A stretch of DNA of 64,000 bases from an uncultured Candidatus Binatia bacterium (lineage in GTDB: Bacteria; Desulfobacterota; Binatia; Bin18). Positions 38,367 through 48,016 of this stretch are shown here, piece by piece; position 1 is the stretch's first letter; each line of letters starts with the position of its first letter. Under the pieces are notes generated by a model. The model did no database searches. It was not told where the DNA came from and saw nothing but the letters and a program-made list of their open reading frames with translations. The position numbers and the translations under genes were made by a program. Location of the stretch: positions 1,280,001 to 1,344,000 of the forward strand of contig OZ241744.1 of the NCBI GenBank assembly GCA_965200965.1. Reading direction: 5' to 3'.

Positions 38367-39518
38367 TCACAAGACCTTTTCGTATACCCGATAGGTCTTA
38401 TAGCGCTCCGCCCCCATCCGCTCCAGACCACGGATCATCGGCCAGTTATCCTCAAGAATCCATGAGCATTCCACATACGGATAGCCGTTCTTGGGGGCTT
38501 CCTGCCAGAGTTTGAGATACAGCATGGCGTCCAGTCCTCTGAGACGCACCCCTGGTTTGAGCCCTAACAGCAAGATCCGGGTCGCATTCACCGAGCGGCG
38601 ATACCACAGCAACTTCAGCCAGCCAAACGGCAACAGACGCCCGTTCGTCCGCCGTAGGACTTGATTGTAGTCCGGCAGGGCCAGGGCAAAACCGACTGGC
38701 TGACCCTCTAACTCAGCAATCAGACACAGCCGCGGGTCGGCAATCCGGCGCACCTGTTTGACAAAATGCTCAAGCTCGGCCTGGGTCACTGGGACAAAGC
38801 CCCAGTTGTGCTGCCAGGCTTGTTGATAGAGGGCAAACACTTGGGAGATCTCGGTCTCAAAACGGTGCCGGTTAAGCGGACGGATGGTCACCCGCTGCGC
38901 CCGTTGCAAGCGCTCAACCCCGCGCACCAAACGGGCGGGTGGCGTTGCATCGGCCCGGACATCGATTAGATAGGCGAGCAGATCTTTTGCCTTGCGGTAG
39001 CCGGCAACTTCAATCAACTCGGCGTAGTACGCCGGGTTGTAGGGCATCATCAGCATCGGCGGGTGTTCAAAGCCGTCAACGAGCAGCCCACACATCTCAT
39101 TGGTCGAGAAATTCATTGGACCGTGGATATGGCTCATACCCCGTTCGGCGACCCAGCCCTCCGCGGCACGCAGCAGAGCCGAAGCAACGGCCGGGTCAGC
39201 GACACTCTCGAAGAAGCCAAAAAAGCCGACCGGCCGTTTATGGAACGAGACGTATTGGTGGTTCACAATAGCCGCGATGCGGCCAACCACCTCTTTGGCC
39301 CGCAGGGCGAGAAAATACTCGACCGCAGCGTGTTGATGAAAGGGGTGCTTGGCGGGGTTCAGCAGATTCTTGAGGTCAAGCAGGAGGGGAGGAACCCAGG
39401 CCGGCTCATGGCGGTGCAGACGATCGGGAAGACTCAGAAAAGAACGGCGCGCCGAGCGTCGCCGAACTGGGATCACCCGCACCCCTTGCTGGTCCCGGTC
39501 ACCCAAGGCTCCGCCCAA
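38367..39518 (-). CDS. bcerS: GNAT-like N-acyltransferase, bacterial ceramide synthase-like
   Basis: WVPPL, GRIAAI, GFFGFFE, GPMNFS.NE.CGLLVDGF, ECSWILEDN. Directly after spt. Confidence 0.75.
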   Translation of the reverse strand: MGGALGDRDQQGVRVIPVRRRSARRSFLSLPDRLHRHEPAWVPPLLLDLKNLLNPAKHPFHQHAAVEYFLALRAKEVVGRIAAIVNHQYVSFHKRPVGFFGFFESVADPAVASALLRAAEGWVAERGMSHIHGPMNFSTNEMCGLLVDGFEHPPMLMMPYNPAYYAELIEVAGYRKAKDLLAYLIDVRADATPPARLVRGVERLQRAQRVTIRPLNRHRFETEISQVFALYQQAWQHNWGFVPVTQAELEHFVKQVRRIADPRLCLIAELEGQPVGFALALPDYNQVLRRTNGRLLPFGWLKLLWYRRSVNATRILLLGLKPGVRLRGLDAMLYLKLWQEAPKNGYPYVECSWILEDNWPMIRGLERMGAERYKTYRVYEKVL

Positions 39519-39523
39519 ACGGT

Positions 39524-40720
39524 TTAGACCGCTACCTGGCTGCGAATACCCAGATGGTGGCGGCCACGATCAAAGGCGTCAAGCACAAAATCAATCTGCT
39601 CGTCGGTATGCGTCGCCATCATCGAAATCCGCACCCGACAGGAGAGGTCGGGCACTGCTGGGGGAATGACCGGATTGGTAAAAATCCCGTCGTCATAGAG
39701 CGATTTCCACAGCAGCCAAGTCTCAATCGGCTGACCAGTGACGACAGGAATGATCGGGGTTTCGCTGACGCCGATATTATACCCCAGGCTCTTCAGCCCA
39801 TCCTGCATCCGGCAGGTGTTACGCCACAGGGCTTGCCGTCGCTCGGGCTCTGCCTTAATCACATCAAGGGCGGCCAAGACCGCCGCCACCGAAGCCGGCG
39901 GCATACTGGCACTAAAAATCAGGGAGCGGGCATGGTGCTTGAGGTAATGAATAACTGGCTCAGGTCCGGCCACTACGCCGCCGATAGACGCCAGGGATTT
40001 TGAGAATGTCGCCACAATCAGCATGGCCTGGTCTTCGAGGCAATAGTGTTCGGCAGTCCCGGCACCCCGCTCGCCTAGCACGCCAAAACCGTGGGCGTCG
40101 TCAAGCAGAATGTCGGCTTCGTAGCGCTCGGACAGGCGGACCAACTCTGGCAGGTCCACAACATCACCGTCCATGGAAAAGATCCCGTCGGTGACAATGA
40201 GCTTTCCGGCCTCCCTCGTGCTGCGGGCCAGCTGTTGTTCGAGAATGATCAGATCGTCGTGCGGGTAGCGGTGGACCGTACCGTAGGCCAAGCGGGCACT
40301 ATCAACCAGACTGGCGTGGTTGAGCTTGTCGAGATACAGATAATCTCCCCGTCCGATCAGACCAGCCACCACGCCCAAATTTGTCTGATAGCCGGTGCTG
40401 AACACCAGCGCCGCTTCTTTGTTGAGAAATCGGGCTAAGCGGTCTTCCAGTTCTTCGTGCAGGTCAAGCGTGCCATTCAGAAAACGGCTCCCAGTACAGC
40501 CGCTCCCGTAGCGCTGCAAGGTGTCGGCCGCAGCTTCAATGACCTTGGGGTGGTGGGTCAGGCCCAAGTAATTATTGGACCCCATCATGATCTTGGGCTC
40601 GCCATTCACCGTCACCTCTGTCCCGTCAGAGGCTTCAATGGGCAGAAAAAAGGGATAATATCCCCCGGCCTGTGCTTCCCGAGCCCGCGTAAAGCGAGCG
40701 CATTTGTCCAGCAGTTTCAT
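39524..40720 (-). CDS. spt: Serine palmitoyltransferase (AOS family)
   Basis: GSNNYLGL, GSRFLNGTL, DDAHG, TFSKS, FSAS.PP. Ceramide-gene context. Confidence 0.85.
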   Translation of the reverse strand: MKLLDKCARFTRAREAQAGGYYPFFLPIEASDGTEVTVNGEPKIMMGSNNYLGLTHHPKVIEAAADTLQRYGSGCTGSRFLNGTLDLHEELEDRLARFLNKEAALVFSTGYQTNLGVVAGLIGRGDYLYLDKLNHASLVDSARLAYGTVHRYPHDDLIILEQQLARSTREAGKLIVTDGIFSMDGDVVDLPELVRLSERYEADILLDDAHGFGVLGERGAGTAEHYCLEDQAMLIVATFSKSLASIGGVVAGPEPVIHYLKHHARSLIFSASMPPASVAAVLAALDVIKAEPERRQALWRNTCRMQDGLKSLGYNIGVSETPIIPVVTGQPIETWLLWKSLYDDGIFTNPVIPPAVPDLSCRVRISMMATHTDEQIDFVLDAFDRGRHHLGIRSQVAV

Positions 40721-40818
40721 CTAGCCCCCCCCCTTCTCCCTCCTGGTGATATGCTCAGAATTCCCAACGGGGAGCCGTATCGGACAACTCCACCCCTTCC
40801 CTCGGTTCATATGTACTC

Positions 40819-41832
40819 CTACAGCCAGCCTTGTTCTCGATACCACGCGGCCGTGCGTGTCAAGCCTTCGGGCAGGGGTATACGCGCTTCAAAGCACAAG
40901 TCCTGTCGGGCGGCTGCGGTTTCACACAACCAGCCAGAGGCCAGCAACTCCTGAACTTTGTCTCGATTAAAGATCGTTGTCCGCCCCATCATTGCCGCGC
41001 CCCACTCACTGCAACGAGCAGCCAGCCGCACCACCCAGTGGGGCACACCCACCGTGCGGACCCGCCGCCCGAGTGCCTGGGCGATCCCAGTCGCCAACTC
41101 TGCCCGGCTGTAGGACCGCGCTTCGGCAATATGATAGATACCCGCCACCTTGGCGAGGGTAGCGGCTCGAATCAAAGCGTCCACCAAATCATGGACATGG
41201 GTGAACTGGAAAAGCCCCCCGGACCCTCTGGGCATGGGAAAGATCCCCCGCATAGCCAGTTGAAACAGCAGGAAAAAGTCCCGGTCGCGTGGTCCGTACA
41301 CCACCGGCGGGCGCAGGATCACGACCTCGGACTCATCCATTAGCGCACGGCATGCCAACTCTCCGGCTAATTTGCTGCGTCCATAGGCCGTCAGTGGCCG
41401 GGGGTCAGCGTCCACACTAACCGGCTGGTCGTCTCGGGCCGGGCCAACCGCAGCCAGGGAACTGAGATAGACGAGCCGACATGGACATGACGGAGCGGCC
41501 CGAATAGCCTCCACCAGCGCCCTCGTCCCCTGCCCATTGACCCGCTCATAGACGGCTGCGGCGCGTGCTTTGGTAGCCGCGGCGATGTGAAAGATCACAT
41601 CAACACCGGCAACAGCCCGAGCCAGGACTGCCGCATCCCTCATATCGCCCTGAATACACTCCACGCCGCGCACCCTCAGCCGCGCCACATCGTCCGTCTT
41701 ACGGACCAGGGCTCGCAGGTGGAACGGCTGTGGGGTGAGTGTATCAAGCAAGTGGGAACCAACAAAGCCCGTCCCCCCCGTAATCAAGACCCGGCTGCCC
41801 GGGGCCATAACTGTCCGCTGTGTTTGCCCCAC
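40819..41832 (-). CDS. NAD-dependent epimerase/dehydratase, ceramide reductase CerR-like
   Basis: TGGTGFVG, SSLAA, YGRSK, RPPVVYGPRD. Upstream of spt. Confidence 0.75.
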   Translation of the reverse strand: MGQTQRTVMAPGSRVLITGGTGFVGSHLLDTLTPQPFHLRALVRKTDDVARLRVRGVECIQGDMRDAAVLARAVAGVDVIFHIAAATKARAAAVYERVNGQGTRALVEAIRAAPSCPCRLVYLSSLAAVGPARDDQPVSVDADPRPLTAYGRSKLAGELACRALMDESEVVILRPPVVYGPRDRDFFLLFQLAMRGIFPMPRGSGGLFQFTHVHDLVDALIRAATLAKVAGIYHIAEARSYSRAELATGIAQALGRRVRTVGVPHWVVRLAARCSEWGAAMMGRTTIFNRDKVQELLASGWLCETAAARQDLCFEARIPLPEGLTRTAAWYREQGWL

Positions 41833-42045
41833 CCATGTGTCCAGAAATTCAACGCGGTCGTTCCCATATACCAGATTCAGAGACGTTTACCAAGCAGTAT
41901 TGGCCCACGCTCAAAAATCCCACCGCCTTCCGATTTACCCGAGCCGTCCACCTCGCCCGACTCTTGACACTCTGACCGAGCCCCATTTAGTCTTCCCCCA
42001 GCGGTTGATATCCGAATCAACTCCAAAACCAGGACACCTAGCCGC

Positions 42046-43185
42046 ATGTCTGAACTCGCTCCTGTCAGCCTACCAGCGGTCACAGCCGTTCCGCTTAGTG
42101 CGGCCGACTATCGGCGTCGGTTTGCCAGTGCTTTTCAGCCCCAGCCGTGGAAGTATTGGAGCGACATGCTGGCCTCCGCCGGCCTGGGTTGGGGATTTTT
42201 TGGCTTGAGTCTGTATGCACCGCTCGGTTCTGTGGCCTATCTGGGGTGTAGCGGTGTCGCTATCCTGGCCCTGCTGCGGGCCGTGCTGTTTATTCACGAA
42301 CTCGCCCACCTCAAACGTCGCGCCGTGCCCGGTTTTGAAACCGCTTGGCTCATCCTGGTCGGCCTTCCGCTCATGGTACCCAGCGTCATGTATGATCCGC
42401 ACGGCGATCACCATCGCCAGGCAACTTTTGGCACCCCGGATGACCCCGAATACCTGCCGCTGGCCCACGCCCATCCGCTCGGACTTGTCTGGTTTGTTGT
42501 GCAGGTCAGCATTGTTCCGGTCTTGCTGGCCATGCGCTGGGGTCTTATTGGCCCGCTCGCGGCGTGTCTGCCGTGGCTGCGTCGTTGTGTCATCCGCCAT
42601 GCCTCAAGCCTCGTCATCAACCCCCACTATCGTCGGCCGCTGCCCTCAAAACAGCAGCGAACCCGCTTCGCCACCCAAGAAGCCGGAGCGGGCATCGTAT
42701 TCTGGAGTGTTGCGCTTGGCTGCTATCTGGGCTGGATTCCGCCCGCCTGGCTACTCCAGTGGTCCCTGACCGGAGCCGGCATCCTGGCCGTCAATCAAGT
42801 CCGAACCCTGGCCGCCCATCGCTACGTCAGCCAAGGTCGGGCCGTCACTACGGTTGACCAGGTCCTGGACTCGATCACGCTCCGGAGTTACTCGCTCAAT
42901 GCTGATCTCTGCTTGAAGAGGAGGTCAGCATTGTTCACCGTGCTGACCGCTGCGGCCGCTCCGGTCGGGCTCCGCTACCATGCTCTGCACCACTTTCTGC
43001 CCACCGTTCCCTACCACAGCTTGGGCGTCCTGCACCGCCGACTTGAGGTCGAACTAGGCCAGGACTCGCCGTACCGGCAGACCTACCAGAGCGGCATTGT
43101 GTCGGCTATCTCTGCCCTCGTCCGGCGCGGCTCACCGGAGATGACGCCGGACCAGCAGGGTGAGAATCGCCAAGCCGCCCAATAA
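42046..43185 (+). CDS. Membrane fatty-acid desaturase family protein
   Basis: His boxes HELAH, HGDHH and HALHH plus TM segments. Confidence 0.9.
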   Translation: MSELAPVSLPAVTAVPLSAADYRRRFASAFQPQPWKYWSDMLASAGLGWGFFGLSLYAPLGSVAYLGCSGVAILALLRAVLFIHELAHLKRRAVPGFETAWLILVGLPLMVPSVMYDPHGDHHRQATFGTPDDPEYLPLAHAHPLGLVWFVVQVSIVPVLLAMRWGLIGPLAACLPWLRRCVIRHASSLVINPHYRRPLPSKQQRTRFATQEAGAGIVFWSVALGCYLGWIPPAWLLQWSLTGAGILAVNQVRTLAAHRYVSQGRAVTTVDQVLDSITLRSYSLNADLCLKRRSALFTVLTAAAAPVGLRYHALHHFLPTVPYHSLGVLHRRLEVELGQDSPYRQTYQSGIVSAISALVRRGSPEMTPDQQGENRQAAQ

Positions 43186-44079
43186 AAAAGGATGGCGACG
43201 CTGGCGCGCGGTCGGCCGCCAAGCAAGCCCGGCATGGCGGCCGACCTTCCACGCCACATAGGGCAACCAGTCATCAAATGTCAGCCCGGATTTGAGCAAC
43301 CACAGTGCGTAGCGGCCTCTGGCCAAGACCCGTCGGGCCTTCCAGTCCCAGCGCATCCAGCAACGGTGTCGGGGCGAGAGCGTCACCTGCCAAGCAGCAG
43401 CCCGGCCCGATTCAGAAACGGCCAGTTCCCCGCGACGCTCCAACTCGGACAAGGCGTGCCCGGCAACCCAGCCGTAGCGCTCAGCCGCCGCGCTGTAGAG
43501 GGCCTGGATCGTAGCAGGTTGCTCGGCGCGTAACTCCGCCCTGTAGGTCTCTCGAAAACCACATTGCCACAGCTCAGCGGCCTCAAACCGGGCCGGCAAC
43601 AGGGCCGTCATCCGCCCAACCAGGGTCAGGCTGGCCTCAACACAGGCGCTGACAACGCAGTCACGGCAGGCTTCATCACGGCTATAGACCAGCCGCGTCG
43701 GCTGACAGAAGCGTCCCCAGATGCTCGCGTGCAGGCTGCGGGGAGAGACGCCAGCCACAAAATCGCGCATCGAAATCACCGCGTACTTGGCCCGCACCGT
43801 GTGCGGCCTACCCCCGACCTCCAGATACAAGACATTTGGCGGCAGAACGGCATTCACGACGGCCAGCATCCGTGAGGCAAAGACGGCCGGGTAGCTATCG
43901 ACCAAGACGTAGAAATCCAACACGCCCTGGCTCGTGTGGTGGCGGAGACACGAGCCGTAGAAGAGGACGGCGGCAACGGCCGAGCCGTGACGGCGGCGGA
44001 TCTCGTCGGTAGCGGCCCGTGCCGCCTCGGAGGTGGGCAGGCCGAGTTCCTGGTCCACAATTTCGTATAAGGCGCTCAT
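43132..44079 (-). CDS. Nucleotidyltransferase-fold protein (Tam41-like / CpgC-like)
   Basis: LFYGSC...LDFYVLVDSY, LPPNV, AKYAV, TY.AELR.E. Confidence 0.7.
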   Translation of the reverse strand: MSALYEIVDQELGLPTSEAARAATDEIRRRHGSAVAAVLFYGSCLRHHTSQGVLDFYVLVDSYPAVFASRMLAVVNAVLPPNVLYLEVGGRPHTVRAKYAVISMRDFVAGVSPRSLHASIWGRFCQPTRLVYSRDEACRDCVVSACVEASLTLVGRMTALLPARFEAAELWQCGFRETYRAELRAEQPATIQALYSAAAERYGWVAGHALSELERRGELAVSESGRAAAWQVTLSPRHRCWMRWDWKARRVLARGRYALWLLKSGLTFDDWLPYVAWKVGRHAGLAWRPTARQRRHPFLLGGLAILTLLVRRHLR

Positions 44080-44100
44080 CGGGCGTGCGCTTGCGTTGTG

Positions 44101-45054
44101 TCAGGTCTGGATAAATCGGAGGCGTCGGTCGGCTTCAACACGAACTAGGCGGCCCTCTTTGGGCCCAAACAACTCTCCATCAATGACGATCCCACAGTCA
44201 AGCCGTATCTGGAGTTGATGCACATTGTGACTCACATAGCCGGCGAGCGACCCGTCAGGCCGGGGCGGGCGGCCCTGGACAATGCGGAGTGGGGCGAGCA
44301 GCCGCCGAGGTGCCCCTTCCGCAACCGCGGTGCAGTGAATAGGGGCCTCTTCTCGCCCCCAGAACGGCCGCAGTGCCATGAGTGAGTTCAGGGTCGTGGC
44401 AAAAGCGAACAAAAACGGGCCTGAGCCGAGCGGCCGAGCGTCAAGCCGGATGTCCAGGTGGTCGCGGCTCAGGACACCGCGGGAGGAGCCCAGCAGCGCC
44501 CGCAGCGCGACTAGTCCTATGATCGCTCCAGACGTCAGCGGCCCCTGAAAATAGCGGTTGGGCAGAAGGCGGTGTTTGAGTTCCGTGGTTCGATAGATCA
44601 CCCCCGCCCCAAAGAAGAAACCGTACTGCACAGCCTCGTCCGGCCCCAGCTCAACGCGCAAGACCGGGCGTTCCACCACGCTCTGGCCAAGGCTGGCCTG
44701 CCGGACGACTTTCAGCAGGCGAGACAGGGCGGAGAGCGGGTTTGGATGGCTGCCGATATCAAGCGCCCCGGCGTTGGTTCGTCCACCTTTCAACGGAGCA
44801 ATCAGGGGCAGACGGGCAAACATCGGGGCGCTCAACAGCGCAGTCAGCACACGCTGCAGGGTGCCGTCCCCGCCACACACGACCAACACCCCAATACCGT
44901 GGCCAGCCAAGCGCGCGACCGCCTCTTCAACCCTCAACTGCGGACCTGTCTCAACATGCACGACATCGGCCTGCCGCTCACACAGCGCCCGCAGCCGAGC
45001 CATGCGACCAGGATTTCTGCCAGCCTGGGTATTGCTCAAAACGCCGATACGCAT
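44101..45054 (-). CDS. DAGK-family lipid kinase (ceramide kinase CpgB-like)
   Basis: N..AGRN, GGDGT, GGRTN, DGE. Confidence 0.8.
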   Translation of the reverse strand: MRIGVLSNTQAGRNPGRMARLRALCERQADVVHVETGPQLRVEEAVARLAGHGIGVLVVCGGDGTLQRVLTALLSAPMFARLPLIAPLKGGRTNAGALDIGSHPNPLSALSRLLKVVRQASLGQSVVERPVLRVELGPDEAVQYGFFFGAGVIYRTTELKHRLLPNRYFQGPLTSGAIIGLVALRALLGSSRGVLSRDHLDIRLDARPLGSGPFLFAFATTLNSLMALRPFWGREEAPIHCTAVAEGAPRRLLAPLRIVQGRPPRPDGSLAGYVSHNVHQLQIRLDCGIVIDGELFGPKEGRLVRVEADRRLRFIQT

Positions 45055-45081
45055 GAAGCCTGCCGTGCGGTGGGCGAAGGC

Positions 45082-46335
45082 TCACCCGACAGTTTCCGAT
45101 TCTTGCCAAGTCTGAATCGGCTGGCCGCGCCAGACCTGGCCACACGCCTGGAGCAAACGCACGCTATGAAACGCGATTGAACACAGCGTCCAAACCGCCA
45201 CCAAAACCAAGCCCCAATCCGGTCGGCCGCCCAGCATCGCCACGGACAGCAAGATGAGATTCGGGTTGCGCCGAGCTGTGATCGTCCGGAAAAATGAATC
45301 AATAGGCCGCCAGCTGTGGATTTCCATCTTGAAGACCAGGAGAAAAACGCCCTCCAGCAGACGCCCCAGCACATAGCCAAGCAGGGTAATCATGAGCGCC
45401 GGTCCCAGCCAGACCGCGCCACTGGGCAGCCCCAGCGCCCACGCCAGATACCAAAAAGGCGGGTGGACCAGATCAAGACCGTGGTCAAGCACATGGCCAA
45501 TTTTGCTCGAGGTGAGGCTGACCCGCGCCAGCTTGCCGTCAACGGTATCCAGAAAGGTCATCAGCCAAGCCGCCAGCAGTCCGAAGCCAAAAGAGCCGGC
45601 AGCAAACAGCCAAGTGCTCAGAACGACCAGCAGCCAACTCAGGCCGGTCACCGCATTCGGTCGCACGCCAGCCCGGGCCAAGACACGGACAAGGGCCTGG
45701 GCCGGGCGGGGCCAGACCCATGTGGTGACCACATCGGTGATGCCTTTGTATGAGGCCCGGAAAAGACACGCTTCGAGTTCGTCAATTCGCCGTGGCTGAA
45801 TGGGAAGGATGTAAGGAGCAGCGGATTTTCGGAGGGCGGGATTGTAGACCGGCACCAAGTCGCTCGGCGTAAGACTGTGTAGACCGTGGGAGCCGACCGT
45901 TTGCAAGGCTTCGGCCCCGGATAAGAGGGCCAGGGCTGTGCTCCAGTTTTGTGCATTGACCCGGGCCGCAACAGCGAGCGGCTGGTCAGCCGAGGCGAGC
46001 AGGACGCTGTTAGGGGTGGTGGGCGAGTCAAGCAGGGTGTGGATCAGACGTTCATCAAACACATAATCGGCGCGCACGAGAAGAACCTCCCGGCCCTGCG
46101 CTCGGAATGCGGCTCGGGGGCCGATGCCGATCCGGTCGGCCGCTATTCCAGCCGCTTCCAACGCCCGACGCAGGCGCTCCGCGCCGGAAAGTCCCCAGAT
46201 TTTGAGTTCGGGCTGGTCTGGATCGGTAAGTATCCAGACGGCGGTTTGCGGCCCACTCGTCACTTTGCCCATATCTGTATCCCAAGCGGTCTTATCATAG
46301 CCGGCAGATGTGGTATAGGCAGACCGATGCGGCAT
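45082..46335 (-). CDS. CDP-alcohol phosphatidyltransferase (CpgA-like)
   Basis: YKGITDVVT, PNAVT, DTVDGKLAR.....S..G..LDHGLD, TARRNPN. Confidence 0.85.
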   Translation of the reverse strand: MPHRSAYTTSAGYDKTAWDTDMGKVTSGPQTAVWILTDPDQPELKIWGLSGAERLRRALEAAGIAADRIGIGPRAAFRAQGREVLLVRADYVFDERLIHTLLDSPTTPNSVLLASADQPLAVAARVNAQNWSTALALLSGAEALQTVGSHGLHSLTPSDLVPVYNPALRKSAAPYILPIQPRRIDELEACLFRASYKGITDVVTTWVWPRPAQALVRVLARAGVRPNAVTGLSWLLVVLSTWLFAAGSFGFGLLAAWLMTFLDTVDGKLARVSLTSSKIGHVLDHGLDLVHPPFWYLAWALGLPSGAVWLGPALMITLLGYVLGRLLEGVFLLVFKMEIHSWRPIDSFFRTITARRNPNLILLSVAMLGGRPDWGLVLVAVWTLCSIAFHSVRLLQACGQVWRGQPIQTWQESETVG

Positions 46336-46407
46336 GGGTCACAGCGGCGACTATGGCGCGATTTTCACAACCGCCAACAGAGAGACCCCCACCGTCTGGA
46401 GGAACAG

Positions 46408-46921
46408 ATGACCGGACAAGAACTGAGAGACCTGCAGGCGTCCCTCAAGCAGCAGTATGCAGACCGGCCCGAATCCGCCCGTGTCACCCTCAAAGCCCAG
46501 GCTCGACTAGGCCAGGGCGTCACCTGCACGCTTGAAACCGGCCAAGCTTTGGTTGAGGCCAAGCTGCATCCGGCAACGGGCGGTGACGGTCTGTCGGCCT
46601 GCTCGGGAGATATGTTGCTGGAAGCGCTGGCCGCCTGTGCCGGGGTCACGCTTGGGGCGGTGGCCATGTCCATCGGGGTGAGCCTGCGCGACGCAACGAT
46701 CCCGGCCAAAGGAGACCTGGACTTTCACGGCACCCTGGGCGGTGGCCAAGGACGCTCTGGTCGGTTTTACCAGCATTCGGCTCAGCTTCGTTATTGATTC
46801 TGAGGCCGAGCCAGAGCAACTGGCGACCCTCCTCAAACTGACCGAGCGTTACTGCATCGTGTACCAAACCTTGTCCGGCAGCCCCGACTTGTCTGTGTCA
46901 AGCACGCTTCAGGAGAGCTGA
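46408..46921 (+). pseudogene. OsmC family protein with a +1 frameshift near 46741
   Basis: ACSGDMLLEALAAC...GDLDFHGTLG continues in the +1 frame as VAKDALVGFTSIRL...LTERYCIVYQTL...*. Confidence 0.85.
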
Positions 46922-47004
46922 GCCGCGCCGGCGGCTGACGATCGCTCCAAAGCCGACGTATTGCCGACCCAGACAGGCTCAGCACCTCCACAACGGTCGT
47001 CAGC

Positions 47005-47979
47005 ATGGCGTTTACTCTGGCCCATCTCTCAGACCTGCACGTCACCCAAACCCGTTTCCACTCCCTCCCGCCGCGGCTGAACAAACAGACGATCGGCTGG
47101 CTCAAATGGCTTGTGCGACGCCGCTCCGAATATCGTCCCGATATCTTAGAAGCGCTCATCGCCGACCTGCACAGCCAACGGCCGGATCATACGGTGATAA
47201 CCGGAGACCTGACCAACCTCGGCCTTGAGACCGAGTTGCGCTCAGCCTTGAGCTGGCTCGAGCGACTGGGCGAGCCCCAGCACGTCACCCTCATTCCGGG
47301 CAATCACGATACCTACACGCCAGCCTCAGTCTCCAACCTCCAGACGCATTGGCAGGCCTACCTACGCTCAGATACCCCACCGGCCAAGTCCACATTTCCG
47401 GATGGGTTTCCGATCCTGCGTGTGCGCGGACCGGTCGCCCTCCTCGGACTATCGAGCGTTGGTCCGACCGGGCTGTTGTCCGCCACCGGCCGGGTTGGAC
47501 CGTCCCAGCAGGCCCGTCTCGGCCGCCTCCTCCAACACCTCAAACACCGAGACATCTGCCGGGTCGTCCTGATACATCATCCGCCTACCCGGGCCGGTTT
47601 GTCGCCGCGGCGGCGTTTACACGATGCCCGGACCCTCCGCCGGCTGCTGGCCGAGTCAGGGGTTGATCTGGTGCTACACGGCCATACCCATACCACCACC
47701 CTGACCCATATTGCGGCCCCGTACCGGGCGGCGATTCCGGTTGTCGGGGTTCGCTCAGCCTCAGCCCTGGGTCACAAGCTCAAACGCAGCGCTCAGTACC
47801 ATGTGTATACCCTGACACCCGGCCAGACCGAGTGCCCCGCGGCCCGCTTTCAGATCAACCTCAGCATCCGTGCTTACGACCCTGACTCCGGGCACTTTCA
47901 CCAGCGTGGCCCCTATCCACTCGCCCCGTTTGAAAAAAAGAGTCTGCCGGCTGATGTATTTTCGGTCATTTCAGCGTAA
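47005..47979 (+). CDS. Calcineurin-like metallophosphoesterase
   Basis: SDLH, TGDL, PGNHD, HHPP, HGHTH. Confidence 0.92.
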   Translation: MAFTLAHLSDLHVTQTRFHSLPPRLNKQTIGWLKWLVRRRSEYRPDILEALIADLHSQRPDHTVITGDLTNLGLETELRSALSWLERLGEPQHVTLIPGNHDTYTPASVSNLQTHWQAYLRSDTPPAKSTFPDGFPILRVRGPVALLGLSSVGPTGLLSATGRVGPSQQARLGRLLQHLKHRDICRVVLIHHPPTRAGLSPRRRLHDARTLRRLLAESGVDLVLHGHTHTTTLTHIAAPYRAAIPVVGVRSASALGHKLKRSAQYHVYTLTPGQTECPAARFQINLSIRAYDPDSGHFHQRGPYPLAPFEKKSLPADVFSVISA

Positions 47980-48016
47980 GAAAGGATGAACAGCGTGGAA
48001 CACAAGGAGGATCTCT

